A stretch of DNA of 64,000 nucleotides from an uncultured Gemmatimonadaceae bacterium (GCA_963761305.1 CAVXGK010000002.1:224001-288000), one strand, 5' to 3'. Positions 32,576 to 42,748 are shown, counted from the stretch's first letter. Notes: generated by a model not told the origin, from the letters alone. A program made the numbers and translations.

Positions 32576-33361
32576 TCATTTCAGAATCGCGTGGAGATCG
32601 CTGAGCACTTCGTCCAGCGGGTCCACGCGAACCAGCCCGATGCGCGGGTACTCGAGGTCGAGAATGACGTACGCGGAAATTGAAACAGCGGACGCGACTC
32701 CGAGCATGTACAGCCAATTGCGCGTCGGGCTGCTCGCGAGCGCGTATCCACCGAGCAGTGCGGCCGCCAGCGCGGTGAGTCCGAGCATCGTGTAGATCAC
32801 GCTCGGCGGATGAATCCGCCGAGCGAGGGTCTCGCGTTCCGCCGATACGAACATCGAGCTGAGGGCAGGCAGGAGAACGAGGCGCGCTCGCTCTCCACTC
32901 GGAACGGTGGCTGCCGCGACCGCCTGCTCCCAGAGCCGGCGTCGCGCGGCGGTGATCTGAGGATCCTCGACGAACTTGTCGGGCGGTTCTACCCCGCTCA
33001 GGTCCGACGTGTACAGCGCGTCGATGTAGCGCCTGAAGCCGGCGCGGATGTCGGGCTGCGATTCCGCCGGCAGCAAGTCGATCGCCTCCCACCCGACGCC
33101 GATCGCGTGGACCTCGTCGCCGATGCGCTCGCGCCGGCTGTCGAATCGATCGGCCGCGCCCGAGAACGTGAATCCGATGAGCAGCCCGAGCAGACCGTAG
33201 ACGATGCGGTCGACGGTGCCGACGCCCGAGCGCGCTCCGGTTCCGTGTCGCGCGGTCTGTCGAAGGCCGAAGCGTCGTCCGGCCTCGAGCAGAAGCAGCA
33301 TGCCGAAGAACAAACCGAAGGCCTGCGCCAGAGTCAGCGCGACGAAGCGGACGTGCGACAT
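32576..33361 (-). CDS. DUF4239-like membrane protein
   Basis: GLLGLLIGFTFSGAADRFDSRR, ILDLEYPRIGLVRVD. Confidence 0.8.
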   Translation of the reverse strand: MSHVRFVALTLAQAFGLFFGMLLLLEAGRRFGLRQTARHGTGARSGVGTVDRIVYGLLGLLIGFTFSGAADRFDSRRERIGDEVHAIGVGWEAIDLLPAESQPDIRAGFRRYIDALYTSDLSGVEPPDKFVEDPQITAARRRLWEQAVAAATVPSGERARLVLLPALSSMFVSAERETLARRIHPPSVIYTMLGLTALAAALLGGYALASSPTRNWLYMLGVASAVSISAYVILDLEYPRIGLVRVDPLDEVLSDLHAILK

Positions 33362-33539
33362 GCCCGAGCGCGCCGCACGTTCTCTGCCACACGTCGCGTG
33401 CGACCAAAGTCCAGTATCGCGTTCGCGCCCCTGCCATAGACTGCGCGTCCCCTCCCACCACTCGGCGGACGTGGATCCGCCGAGAGTTGCCGTGATCGGC
33501 AACACAACCGTGACCTCATCGTAACACAGGAGAAGACGC

Positions 33540-34820
33540 ATGGTCAGGCAATCAGAAATTAGCGAAGTCTCATCGACGATCGACGTCGCCCGCGAGACGG
33601 GACGCAGTGGAGCGACGCGACGTGGCCGCGCCGGCGCCCCGAGAGAGCCGCGCGACGAAAGGGTCCAGGAGATCGCCGACCAGCTCCGCGACACGTTCGT
33701 GCGCGAAGCGATCGCCGAAAAGGTCGGCGAGCGGCTGGAAGGCGCGATTCGCGACCGCGTGCGCGACGCGCTCCGAGCCAGGCTCGCTCGTGACCTCCGC
33801 AACCGCTTGCGCGACGTGGCGACGGGCGACGCCGAGCCCGAAGAGGTCGCCGAGCTGCTGAACGACCGGTTGAGCGACGCGATCGAGCAGCGCGTGTCGG
33901 ACGGCATTCGCGAACGCCTCGGCGGCGCGCTCCGCGAGCGGTTCACCGATTCGATTCGCAGCGCGATATCGGAGAGCTCCCTCGCCGGGCAATTCACCGG
34001 CGAGGCGACAGACGACGTCGTCGACTCGTTCACGTGCCGCGTCGAGGACGCGATCCGCGATCGAGTGCGCGAAGGCCTTCGCGAGACGGTCCGCGAGCGC
34101 CTGCGCGAGGCATCGCGCGAGCGCGTCGGCGAGACGCTTCGCCAAGTCGCCGAGGCGCGAAGAGACGGCACGGACGACGTCGAGGCGATCGTCGCCCCCG
34201 CGGCGGACCGCTTGGAGAATGCGCTGCGCGAACGCATCGCCGACGCGGTGCGCGACCGCGTTCACTCCATTCTGGCTCTGACCATCGAGGACGCCGCGGG
34301 CGATCCGCTGCGCGAGACGCTTCGCCGAGCCGTGGTGCGTCATGCGATCGAGGCGCGCACCGACGGCAGCACCACCGGCAGCGCCACGGGCAGCACCAGC
34401 GGTACGTTCTTCGATCGTTCGGCTCGCGGCGGCAACGGCGGCACGCGAACACTCGGTAACGGCTCTGGCGCTGCGATCGCCGAGGCGCTCGGTGACCGCC
34501 TGCATCAGCGTCTCGCGACGACGATTCGGGACCGCGTCGCGAACGGGCTGCGCGACCGGGTCGAGCTGGCCATGCACGACTCGCTCGAGGAAGCGCTGCG
34601 CGAGCGGCTCGGCGGCGCCATCCGCGCCGCGATCGCCGAACAGCGCGGAGCGCACAACATCGACACGACTCGACTCGCCGAGTCGATCCGCTACCACCTC
34701 GGCGATTCGCTGCGCTCGAGGCTCGCCGACGGAATCCGCGAACGGATCGGTGACGCCCTGCGCGCTCGCCTCGCCGAAGCGATCGAGACGAGCGTCTCTC
34801 AAACCGCGATGACGTCCTGA
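33540..34820 (+). CDS. Hypothetical helical-repeat protein (4/8-residue periodicity)
   Basis: AGGAG RBS, 426-codon ORF, downstream terminator; repeats of R[LVI]xx[AG][IL]R[ED]. Confidence 0.7.
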   Translation: MVRQSEISEVSSTIDVARETGRSGATRRGRAGAPREPRDERVQEIADQLRDTFVREAIAEKVGERLEGAIRDRVRDALRARLARDLRNRLRDVATGDAEPEEVAELLNDRLSDAIEQRVSDGIRERLGGALRERFTDSIRSAISESSLAGQFTGEATDDVVDSFTCRVEDAIRDRVREGLRETVRERLREASRERVGETLRQVAEARRDGTDDVEAIVAPAADRLENALRERIADAVRDRVHSILALTIEDAAGDPLRETLRRAVVRHAIEARTDGSTTGSATGSTSGTFFDRSARGGNGGTRTLGNGSGAAIAEALGDRLHQRLATTIRDRVANGLRDRVELAMHDSLEEALRERLGGAIRAAIAEQRGAHNIDTTRLAESIRYHLGDSLRSRLADGIRERIGDALRARLAEAIETSVSQTAMTS

Positions 34821-34845
34821 TTCAGTTCGGAAGGGGAGAAAGAAC

Positions 34846-34878
34846 GGCGGGGCGCGTCTCGAACGCGCCCCGCCTTTT
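34846..34878 (+). terminator. Intrinsic terminator
   Basis: ggcggggcgcgt-ctcga-acgcgccccgcc-tttt. Confidence 0.85.
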
Positions 34879-34879
34879 C

Positions 34880-34971
34880 ACCGGTCTACCGGTCTACCGG
34901 TCTACCGGTCTACCGGTCCACCCGTCCACCCGTCCACCCGTCCACCCGTCCACCCGTCCACCCGTCCACCC
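34880..34971. repeat. Compound octamer tandem repeat (CCGGTCTA)x4, CCGGTCCA, (CCCGTCCA)x6
   Basis: Read directly from the sequence. Confidence 0.95.
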
Positions 34972-34976
34972 ACTGA

Positions 34977-36035
34977 CTATCGCTTCTTCGCGATCATGTT
35001 GTGCGTCTGGCTGATGTACGGGTTGCCGTGCAACGCCGCGGAGATGTCAGTGATCGCCTTCTGGCCGCGCACGCTGTTGCCGGCCGAGTCGAGCGGCGGT
35101 GAAACCACCGCGATGCCGAACCTGTCCGGTGACACGGCGATCAGGCCGCCGCCGACGCCGCTCTTGGCCGGAAGGCCCGTCACGTAGAGCCACCGACCCG
35201 AATCATCATAGAGCCCGGCGGTCGCCATCACGGCGAGGATCGCCGGCACGTGCTGGCTGCCGACCACCTGGCGTCCGGTGACGGGATTCAATCCACCGTT
35301 CGCCAGCGTCGCCGCCATCGTTGCCAGGTCGCGCGCGTTGACGTTCACCGAACACTGGCGCGTGTACAGATCGACCGCTTGAGGCCAGTTGGCCGAGATG
35401 TGGCCGTAGGCGAACATCAGGGCACCGATCGCCTGGTTGCGCTGATTGGTGGCCGCTTCCGACTTGTAGACCTCTTGATTGACGGTGAGCTGGCGGCCGG
35501 CGAATTCGTTGAGCGTGCCGATGATGTTCGCCCAGACGGCGTCGGCGCTGCCGCCGCCGATCAGGCTCGTCGTCGTGATGGCGCCGGCGTTGACCAACGG
35601 ATTCATCTGATGACCCTTGTACTGCTCGATGGCCACGATCGAGTTGAACGGCTGACCCGTGGCGTCGACGCCCATGTTCTTCTCGATGGACATCTCGCCG
35701 GAATCCTGCATCACCCTCGCCATCGTGAAGACCTTCGACACCGACTGGATCGAGACCTCGGAGGTGATGTCGCCGGCGGTGTAGACCTGGCCTTCGGGCG
35801 TGATCAGCGCGATGCCGAACAGGTTCGGGTTCACCTTGGCCAGGGCGGGGATGTAGTCGGCGTTCTTGCCCTCATTCAGATCCTTGTATTTCTCGTACGC
35901 CGCGTTCACGATGCGCTGGTAGTCGGGCGCGGTCTGCGCGGAGAGCGCTCGCGGCGCGCCGGCGAGTGCGACGAACGCGGCGAGCGTGCCAAGCCGCCGC
36001 ATGGCGACGGTGTCGAGCTGACTGACGGTCGTCAT
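34977..36035 (-). CDS. glsA: Glutaminase with predicted signal peptide
   Basis: GKNADYIPALA, SIQSVSK, NPLVNAGAI, YTRQCS, GLYD.SG, PAKSGVGGG, GNSVRG. Confidence 0.95.
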   Translation of the reverse strand: MTTVSQLDTVAMRRLGTLAAFVALAGAPRALSAQTAPDYQRIVNAAYEKYKDLNEGKNADYIPALAKVNPNLFGIALITPEGQVYTAGDITSEVSIQSVSKVFTMARVMQDSGEMSIEKNMGVDATGQPFNSIVAIEQYKGHQMNPLVNAGAITTTSLIGGGSADAVWANIIGTLNEFAGRQLTVNQEVYKSEAATNQRNQAIGALMFAYGHISANWPQAVDLYTRQCSVNVNARDLATMAATLANGGLNPVTGRQVVGSQHVPAILAVMATAGLYDDSGRWLYVTGLPAKSGVGGGLIAVSPDRFGIAVVSPPLDSAGNSVRGQKAITDISAALHGNPYISQTHNMIAKKR

Positions 36036-37384
36036 TGCTTTCCTCCAAAGGTCTGCGAAAAGGAATACTTGGCGGAGAACTGCATCCGGTAGTCGTTGAA
36101 GGAGAATCCGAACCCCTTGTTTTGGCGGTAGCCCCACTGGAACTCACCGCCCATCAAGATGTTCTTCACCGGGGTCCAGAGGAGATTCACGGACGCATAT
36201 TGGCCTATCCTGAACGCGTCCTCCGTTTGGAGGTCACTGTTCTGGATGTCGACGCGGGAATAGCCGAGTGAGCTGGTGAAACGGTCGTTCCACGTGTGGT
36301 CGAGCCAGAGGACCATGCCGAAATCGGGCAGCGCCTTCCCGGTGACCGGCGTCCGCGGATCGTCGAAGTTGGATTCGATGCCGATGTCGACCGGCGCGTC
36401 GTTGAAGTAGTTCTCGACGCCGGCGCCGTAGATGAACTGCCAGTGGAAGAGGTCCTTTTTGGTCGGCTTCCAACCGCCGCTCAGCGACACACCGCCACCG
36501 ACGGTGCCGCCGCTGAGATCGAACGTGTCGGCGGGGAACACGTCGTCCCAGCGAAAAATCCGCAGCATCGCGCCGATCTTCACGTACCCCCAATCCGCCC
36601 CATAGCGGTACGTGCCCGAGAAGTCGGGCGACGGAAAGCGCGGCAGCACGTTCTGGAGCTCTTCACGGTCGGCGAGCGTGCCGAGGTCGCCGCTGGCGCC
36701 GGGCCGTTCAAGCGCGAAAATGACGCGAGTGCCGTCCGGCTTGTTGATCGGCTCCCAGAAGAGTTGCACGTTGCGGAAGAACAGCATGCCGTTCGGGCCC
36801 CAATACTCGATGATGTTCGGAAAGACGTCGAGGTCCATGAACGGACTCTCCGTCTGGCCGGCGCCGAACTTTCCCCATTGGCCGTACATGTGCCGCGGTC
36901 GAATCGTCGTCTGACCCGCGTCCGGGCCGACGCCGAACAAGTCCCAGTCGATGACGACGGTGATCGGCGGCCCGCTGGTGGGTATGGTCGCCTTCGTGCC
37001 GAACCGCGTTTGGCGCGCGCTGAACCACGAATGCCCGTTGTGCCCGAATTCGTCGGTGAACGCCGGCAGCTTCGAGGGGCGGTTGACGTCGAACCAGTTC
37101 GGGTCGTTCGTCTTGAAATCGCCGATCGCGTCGGCCATCGCGAATCCGTAGATCTCGATCTTGGTCGACGTGTCGCCGCTCTGCCGCTTGACCGCCGGCG
37201 CCGGCGTGGAGTCGTTTGCCGAACGGCCTTGCGGCGCGATTCCCTGCGTCGCGCCGACGCTCGCTCCGACCACCAGCATCGCGGCCGCCTGCCCAAGACC
37301 GACACACCATCGCGCGACGTCTCGTCTCATCGAACTCCGCATTGCGTTCACCCTTGGTGTCGAGTTGCCTTGGCGCGCCGTCAT
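36032..37384 (-). CDS. DcaP-family trimeric outer-membrane porin
   Basis: EIYGF, RQTRFG, R.RH.YG, GQT.S.FMD.D.FP...EYWGP, NLLWTP, RMQFSAKYSF. Confidence 0.85.
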   Translation of the reverse strand: MTARQGNSTPRVNAMRSSMRRDVARWCVGLGQAAAMLVVGASVGATQGIAPQGRSANDSTPAPAVKRQSGDTSTKIEIYGFAMADAIGDFKTNDPNWFDVNRPSKLPAFTDEFGHNGHSWFSARQTRFGTKATIPTSGPPITVVIDWDLFGVGPDAGQTTIRPRHMYGQWGKFGAGQTESPFMDLDVFPNIIEYWGPNGMLFFRNVQLFWEPINKPDGTRVIFALERPGASGDLGTLADREELQNVLPRFPSPDFSGTYRYGADWGYVKIGAMLRIFRWDDVFPADTFDLSGGTVGGGVSLSGGWKPTKKDLFHWQFIYGAGVENYFNDAPVDIGIESNFDDPRTPVTGKALPDFGMVLWLDHTWNDRFTSSLGYSRVDIQNSDLQTEDAFRIGQYASVNLLWTPVKNILMGGEFQWGYRQNKGFGFSFNDYRMQFSAKYSFSQTFGGKQ

Positions 37385-38499
37385 TGCCACTTCGCGTGCG
37401 CCGCTTCCCACGCGCGGACCTTGCGTCGAGCCGCGTCGAACAGCCGTTCATAGTTCTCCACCCGCACCTTGGCTCGCGCCTCGGGCGTCAGCGCGTTCCA
37501 GAGCGGGCGGTACAACGCGTCGGTGATCAGGTACGCCGCGGCGTCCTTCGGCGCGACGGCGTCGGTGCCAAACAGGAATCGGTCGGGATACGTGTTGATC
37601 AGGGTCGCGGCCGCATGCAGCGCTTCGGGCGACGCGACGAGATAGCGCGCCACCACGTCCCACGAGATGTCGAAATACAGATTCGCAAAGGCGGGATCGG
37701 CGAGCATCGACGCGAGGATCGCCGCATGGCCGCGGACGGGCCGTACGACGCGGCCGATGCCGGTGTGGGCCCAGATGATGGTCGTCCCCGGGTGCCGCCG
37801 GATGAGTGCTTTCATCTCATCCAGGTACGCGGGATGTGCGACGACTTCGTCGCAGCCCTCGCACGGCTTCAGCGTCGCCGAGTCGGCGGCAAACGGCACG
37901 TCCATGTCGTTGTGGATGAGCGCCACGAGACCGATCTCGCCGGCCACCGACAACACGCTGTCCAGCGCCGGGTTCAACAAGCTCGCCGGCCCCGGGCGCA
38001 CCGCGTCGGAGACGAACTCCTTGTGGATCGTGAACTCGCCGATCCCGCTGAAGACGCCGGGGAACGTCCGCAGCACGCGGCGGATGTGGTCGGCCGCGTA
38101 CATGTCGCCCGGATTGAACCCGGTGATCATCGGGTCGAAGCGCGCCTGCTCGCTCGGCGAAAGCGATCGGTACTGCATCGCGATGTACGCGTCGGTGAAC
38201 GAGTAGTAGTAGAGCGGCGCGTCGGAGTGGAGGTAGTACGTCGGCGCATTCGCGCCGTTGACGGCGTCGAGCCACTCCTGCTGCAACGGGATGCCGAACA
38301 CGGCGACGCGCCCGATGCTGTCGCCGAGCAGCGAGAGGAACGCCTTGAGCGTCGGCCCGCGCTGGATGTAGTTCGTGAGGTGAAAGTGCGAGTCGGTGAG
38401 CACGACGTGGTTCGCGGGCGGCGCTTGACTTGCGAGCCGCGTCGGGAGGGACGCGAGCAGCGCGACGGTCAGCCAGCGAATCGGTGTGCGTGGCGGCAT
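37381..38499 (-). CDS. Exported amidohydrolase (TIM-barrel)
   Basis: DSHFHLTNY, GIGEFTIHKE, IHND, WAHTG, FDISW, FLFGTD; signal peptide. Confidence 0.88.
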   Translation of the reverse strand: MPPRTPIRWLTVALLASLPTRLASQAPPANHVVLTDSHFHLTNYIQRGPTLKAFLSLLGDSIGRVAVFGIPLQQEWLDAVNGANAPTYYLHSDAPLYYYSFTDAYIAMQYRSLSPSEQARFDPMITGFNPGDMYAADHIRRVLRTFPGVFSGIGEFTIHKEFVSDAVRPGPASLLNPALDSVLSVAGEIGLVALIHNDMDVPFAADSATLKPCEGCDEVVAHPAYLDEMKALIRRHPGTTIIWAHTGIGRVVRPVRGHAAILASMLADPAFANLYFDISWDVVARYLVASPEALHAAATLINTYPDRFLFGTDAVAPKDAAAYLITDALYRPLWNALTPEARAKVRVENYERLFDAARRKVRAWEAAHAKWQ

Positions 38500-38675
38500 C
38501 TACGGGGGTGCGAAGCGCGTTCGTGCGCGTCGCAAGGTCATGGGCGTGACTTGCGGCGCCCATTGGCACTTGGGCTCACGAGCGATCCGGGCCGCGCGAA
38601 CTTCACGGAACTTCGTGCGGTCTCGCGCGCATTTCGCGCGACGCGGCATATTCGTTGCGCTCGTCGTCCATTTCT

Positions 38676-39269
38676 ATGACTCATACCAACGCCAGCAGAA
38701 GCGCACGCGGCCGAGCCGGGATCGGGCGGTCCGTGGTGTTCGCCGCGACGCTCGCCGCCGGACTCGCCGCCCCCCTCGCCGCACAGGCCCGTATCGGCAA
38801 TCACACGCGACTCGAACGGTTCGGGATCGACCTTGGCTACGGCGTCCTCCTGGGGCTGGCGTTCGCCGCCTACGACCAGTCGCGCAACGATCCGCCGCAG
38901 TGGGGCAAGGGCGGCGAGGGCTACGCCAAGCGCGCCGCCTCGAACGTCGGACAATTCGTCATTCAAGAAAGCGTGACCGAGGGGCTCGCCGCCGCCATGA
39001 ATCGTCCGCTCGACTACACGCACTGCAAGTGTCAGGGCTTCGGTCCCCGCACTCGGCATGCGCTGCTCGGCGCGGTCACGGACGAGATGCCGAACGGCAG
39101 CCACCCGTTCGCCCTGCCGCGGGTGGTCGGGGCCTACGCCGGATCGTTCGCCCAGTCGGCGTGGCGTCCGGAGGGAAGCCGCAACTGGCTGCAACTGGGG
39201 CTCGGGCGCGGCACGGTGTCGCTGGCGATCGGCGCCGGCATCAACCTCTTTCATGAATTCGTGAAATAA
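38676..39269 (+). CDS. Hypothetical exported/membrane protein
   Basis: Signal peptide; PPQWG.G.EGY.KR, Y..C.C.GF..R..HA motif. Confidence 0.65.
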   Translation: MTHTNASRSARGRAGIGRSVVFAATLAAGLAAPLAAQARIGNHTRLERFGIDLGYGVLLGLAFAAYDQSRNDPPQWGKGGEGYAKRAASNVGQFVIQESVTEGLAAAMNRPLDYTHCKCQGFGPRTRHALLGAVTDEMPNGSHPFALPRVVGAYAGSFAQSAWRPEGSRNWLQLGLGRGTVSLAIGAGINLFHEFVK

Positions 39270-39279
39270 CGGATCCTCG

Positions 39280-40605
39280 CTAGAACAGCACGTCGCTGCC
39301 CAGCGAGATGATCGTTCCCGTGAGCCCGGCTAGATAGAACCCGAAGAACGAGCTCGCAGGCGACTGGTCGACGTGCATCACGTGGAGGTTGAGCCGCCAA
39401 CTCCGCGTGTGCGACGGGTAGTAGCTCGCGCCGCCGCCCAGCTCCCAGGGAAACCGCCGGAACTGGTCGTGCATGTAGCCGCCCGCGGTGTAGAGGAGCA
39501 CCGTCTTCGGCACGACCATGTATCCCGCCTCGGCCATGAAGCCGCGATCGAAGATCGAGTTGAGCGGCAGCGGCCCCGTAGCCACGAAGTCGTCGAGTGT
39601 GCGCCAGTAGAACTCACTCTGAAACGAAAAGCCGCGATACTTGGCGCCGGCGTCCGCGGCGACCTCCCGGTACGACAGCGTCGATACGATGACGCCGGGA
39701 GCGAGCGTCCCCAGCGCGAACGGATTGGTCCCGTCGGACAGGTCGATCTGCGTGTTGTTGGGTGGCTGGTCCAGCGGTGCGTAGCGACTCTCGCGGCTCT
39801 GCGCGCCTTCCACGCCAAACTGCGTGGCGAGCTTCGTGTGGTATTCGAAGTCGCCGAATCCGCCGCGCGGTCCGAACTCGCCCGTCGTCGGACGCCACCG
39901 TAGTTGCCCGCCGAACAGCATGTTGCGCGTGTCGTTGGCCTGGGTGACGCCGAGCTCGCTGATGTTGTTGTTGACGGTCAGGGTGTACGCCAGCCGCGGC
40001 AGGATGTCGCCCGTCGCGAAGAACCCCGACGAGAATCCGCCGCGAAAGGCTTCTTCCGCCATCTGGCGGTCGGAGCTCGCCCAGAACGGCCACGAGCCAT
40101 TCATCGAGCGCGCCGTCGTGCTCGGCGCTATGCCGACGCCGAACGTGAGCTGCTTCGCCACGATGTATTGGAGATTCCCGAAGAGCAGCGTCTGCTGCGT
40201 GGTCGGGAGCGACCAGAGCGTGATGTTGTAGCGAAAATGCGGGTCGTAGAAGAAACCACTCAGCCACACGATCGTGCGGTGCCAGTTGAGCGCGTTCATC
40301 GCGCCCACCGGCTGAACGTTGCCGAGGTGATCGGTGAACGTCTGGTTGCCCGGCACCTGGTCGACGTAGCGAAACAGGCCGTACGCGCTGATGTTCAGAC
40401 TCCCGAACGACGTCCTGACGATGGTGAACCCGGCGCCCGGCGTGAACTCGCCGGCCATCGTGTTCGGCAGTGTGAGCGTGGTGTCTGGGGAGGGCGGCCT
40501 CGGGTCTGCGTCCTGTCCCCACGCGGCGCATGGGTCGAACAGCGACCCCATGGTGAGCAGTGCGAAAGCAGGGAAGCGAACGCACGGCCTCGGCAATCGA
40601 ATCAT
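39280..40605 (-). CDS. Hypothetical porin-like outer-membrane protein
   Basis: Signal peptide, aromatic alternating beta-strands, C-terminal Phe. Confidence 0.65.
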   Translation of the reverse strand: MIRLPRPCVRFPAFALLTMGSLFDPCAAWGQDADPRPPSPDTTLTLPNTMAGEFTPGAGFTIVRTSFGSLNISAYGLFRYVDQVPGNQTFTDHLGNVQPVGAMNALNWHRTIVWLSGFFYDPHFRYNITLWSLPTTQQTLLFGNLQYIVAKQLTFGVGIAPSTTARSMNGSWPFWASSDRQMAEEAFRGGFSSGFFATGDILPRLAYTLTVNNNISELGVTQANDTRNMLFGGQLRWRPTTGEFGPRGGFGDFEYHTKLATQFGVEGAQSRESRYAPLDQPPNNTQIDLSDGTNPFALGTLAPGVIVSTLSYREVAADAGAKYRGFSFQSEFYWRTLDDFVATGPLPLNSIFDRGFMAEAGYMVVPKTVLLYTAGGYMHDQFRRFPWELGGGASYYPSHTRSWRLNLHVMHVDQSPASSFFGFYLAGLTGTIISLGSDVLF

Positions 40606-40725
40606 CGCGCCCTCGGTGCTGGGTAGCCTGCCCCCAGGGCGGATGATCGACCTTCGGCCAACTCACGACATATGCGACCTTCGGCCAACGAACGTCAGCT
40701 GGTCGCCGCCGTACAGCCCGCGCCG

Positions 40726-41883
40726 CTACGCTTGCAAGCTCAGCGCGTGCGGTCGCGCCGCGCCGCTCGCCGCCAGCGACAGTGCCTCATCCAGCACGTC
40801 GACGACGGCCGATGTCGGGAGATCGGCGAGCGACGCGTCGGTGGGGCCGAAGACGTTGACTCCAGGCGTGCGGTATGGCACCCACATCTCGGCCTCGGTG
40901 CGGCGGCGCATGAGCGCCAACGTCGGACGCGCGAACGCCGATGCGATGTGCGTGACCGCGGTGTCGGGGGTGACGATGAGATCCGCCTCGGCGATGAGTG
41001 CGATCAGCTCACGCAGGGTCGGTGTGCCGGCCCCGCCACCGATGGAGCCGGCGAGGTAGGCCGCGCTCGTCAGGTCCTGCTCGAGCGCGACGACGACGAT
41101 GCGCGCGTCCGGCGTCCGCGCCCGCAGCTCGCGCAGCACGATGGCGAATCGATCGTCGGGCCACCGACGGCACGGGTGTCCGGACGAGATGTTCACGAGA
41201 ATGCGTGGGCCGTATCCCGCGGCGGCGGCCCACCGCGCGCGCGCGGCCTCGCGCTCGAGCGTGGTGACGACGAGAATCGGCCGCCAGTCGGCGTCGCCGG
41301 GTCCGACGCCGAGCGGTTCCGCGAGGCGCGCCAGGTGTTGGACATGATGCTCGCGACACACGTTGCGGGGCGGAGCCACCGGCACGTTGTAGACGCCGTC
41401 GTGCGGCCGCCCGGCGCTCCCGACGCGCCAGCGCGCTTTCGAGGCGAGCATCAGCAACGTCGTATATGAATTGACGGATGGGCGAAGCACCAACCCGTCG
41501 ACGACGACGTCGTAACGCCGGGCGGCGAGGCGCCTGAACAGCGCCGGATAATCGCGCCACCGTTCGCGTTCGTGAGTGATCACCTCGTCCACGAATGGAA
41601 GGTGGCTCAAGACGTCGGCATTGCCGGGCGTCGTCAGCACGTCGAGCAGCATGCCGGGGTACGCGCGCGCGAGCGCGCGCAGCACGCCCGTGCAGAGCAC
41701 CATGTCGCCGACACGATCGTACCGGATGAAGAGCAGGCGGTCGGGGTGTGCATCCCATCCCCATAACGGACCGCCCTCCTGCGCGAACAGCGCGACCGTG
41801 CTGCGCAGCCAAGCCGAATGAATCGACGCTTCGAGGGCGCGGAACCCCCTCGGGACAACTCGAGTCAGTGAAGAAGACGGCAC
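40726..41883 (-). CDS. Glycosyltransferase family 9 (heptosyltransferase-like)
   Basis: IRYDRVGD, RRW...F, TPDTAVTHIASAF.RP; start uncertain. Confidence 0.88.
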   Translation of the reverse strand: MPSSSLTRVVPRGFRALEASIHSAWLRSTVALFAQEGGPLWGWDAHPDRLLFIRYDRVGDMVLCTGVLRALARAYPGMLLDVLTTPGNADVLSHLPFVDEVITHERERWRDYPALFRRLAARRYDVVVDGLVLRPSVNSYTTLLMLASKARWRVGSAGRPHDGVYNVPVAPPRNVCREHHVQHLARLAEPLGVGPGDADWRPILVVTTLEREAARARWAAAAGYGPRILVNISSGHPCRRWPDDRFAIVLRELRARTPDARIVVVALEQDLTSAAYLAGSIGGGAGTPTLRELIALIAEADLIVTPDTAVTHIASAFARPTLALMRRRTEAEMWVPYRTPGVNVFGPTDASLADLPTSAVVDVLDEALSLAASGAARPHALSLQA

Positions 41884-41988
41884 GGGTCAACCTTGTGGCG
41901 CTTGTCCCACGATACCCCGCACGTGAGAATCAGGCATCGCTCGGCCGGCTAAGAAACCGCTAAGGGTCACTTGGATAACTAAGAAAAC

Positions 41989-42744
41989 GTGAAGCAATCC
42001 GGACACGTGTCACCGCCCGACCCGACGATTCGAACGCGATTTGGGACGCTCCGAACGTTCGTCTCGGCGCGATTCGCCCGCGGCGAATACCTGGGATTCC
42101 ATCTCACGATTGGGTTACTCGTGAGCGCGGGAGCGCTGTTGGTGTTCGGAGGGATTACCGACGATGTCGTCCATCACGAGCGGTTCACGGCCATTGATCT
42201 GTCGTTCACCGCCTGGATTCGCGCGCGCGCAACCCCGCTGGGCGACGACCTTGGTGTCGCCATTTCATGGTTCGGCGGGGCCACGGTCATGGCGATCCTT
42301 TGCCTCGGCGTCGCGATCGTGCTCGCCTACAGGCGCTGGTGGATCACGCTGGCGGGCTGGATCGCCGCGTTCGTCGGCGGCAGCGTGCTGGATTGGGAGC
42401 TCAAACGCATCATCCGCCGCCCGCGGCCTGTCGGGGCCGAGCGGTTTCTGCACCAGCACGACATGACATTCAGCTTTCCCAGCGGACACTCGATGGGCTC
42501 GCTGATCGCCTATGGAATGCTGGCGTACGTGCTGGTCGTCTACTGGCCGCCGGGGAATCGTCATCGTGCGTCGATCATCACGTCGGCCGGCGTGCTCGTG
42601 ATCCTCATCGGACTGTCGCGCCTGTACCTGGGCGTCCACTACCTGACGGACGTCGTCGCCGGCTTCGCCGCCGGCACGCTGTGGTTGACAGCCTGCGTCA
42701 CCGGTGTGGAGATCGCGCGGCGTCGCCGCGGCGTCACCACCTGA
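41989..42744 (+). CDS. PAP2-family phosphatase
   Basis: K....RPRP, SFPSGH, SRLYLGVHY..DV. Confidence 0.92.
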   Translation: MKQSGHVSPPDPTIRTRFGTLRTFVSARFARGEYLGFHLTIGLLVSAGALLVFGGITDDVVHHERFTAIDLSFTAWIRARATPLGDDLGVAISWFGGATVMAILCLGVAIVLAYRRWWITLAGWIAAFVGGSVLDWELKRIIRRPRPVGAERFLHQHDMTFSFPSGHSMGSLIAYGMLAYVLVVYWPPGNRHRASIITSAGVLVILIGLSRLYLGVHYLTDVVAGFAAGTLWLTACVTGVEIARRRRGVTT

Positions 42745-42748
42745 CCGA

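Noticed and set aside
33570..34802. Long antisense ORFs here and elsewhere (e.g. 45721-47550, 49741-51339, 58781-60295)
   Set aside because: Shadow ORFs expected from high-GC codon bias; no motifs, and they lie opposite well-supported genes
34880..34971. Tandem repeats as a CRISPR array
   Set aside because: 8-bp units with no unique spacers and no cas genes
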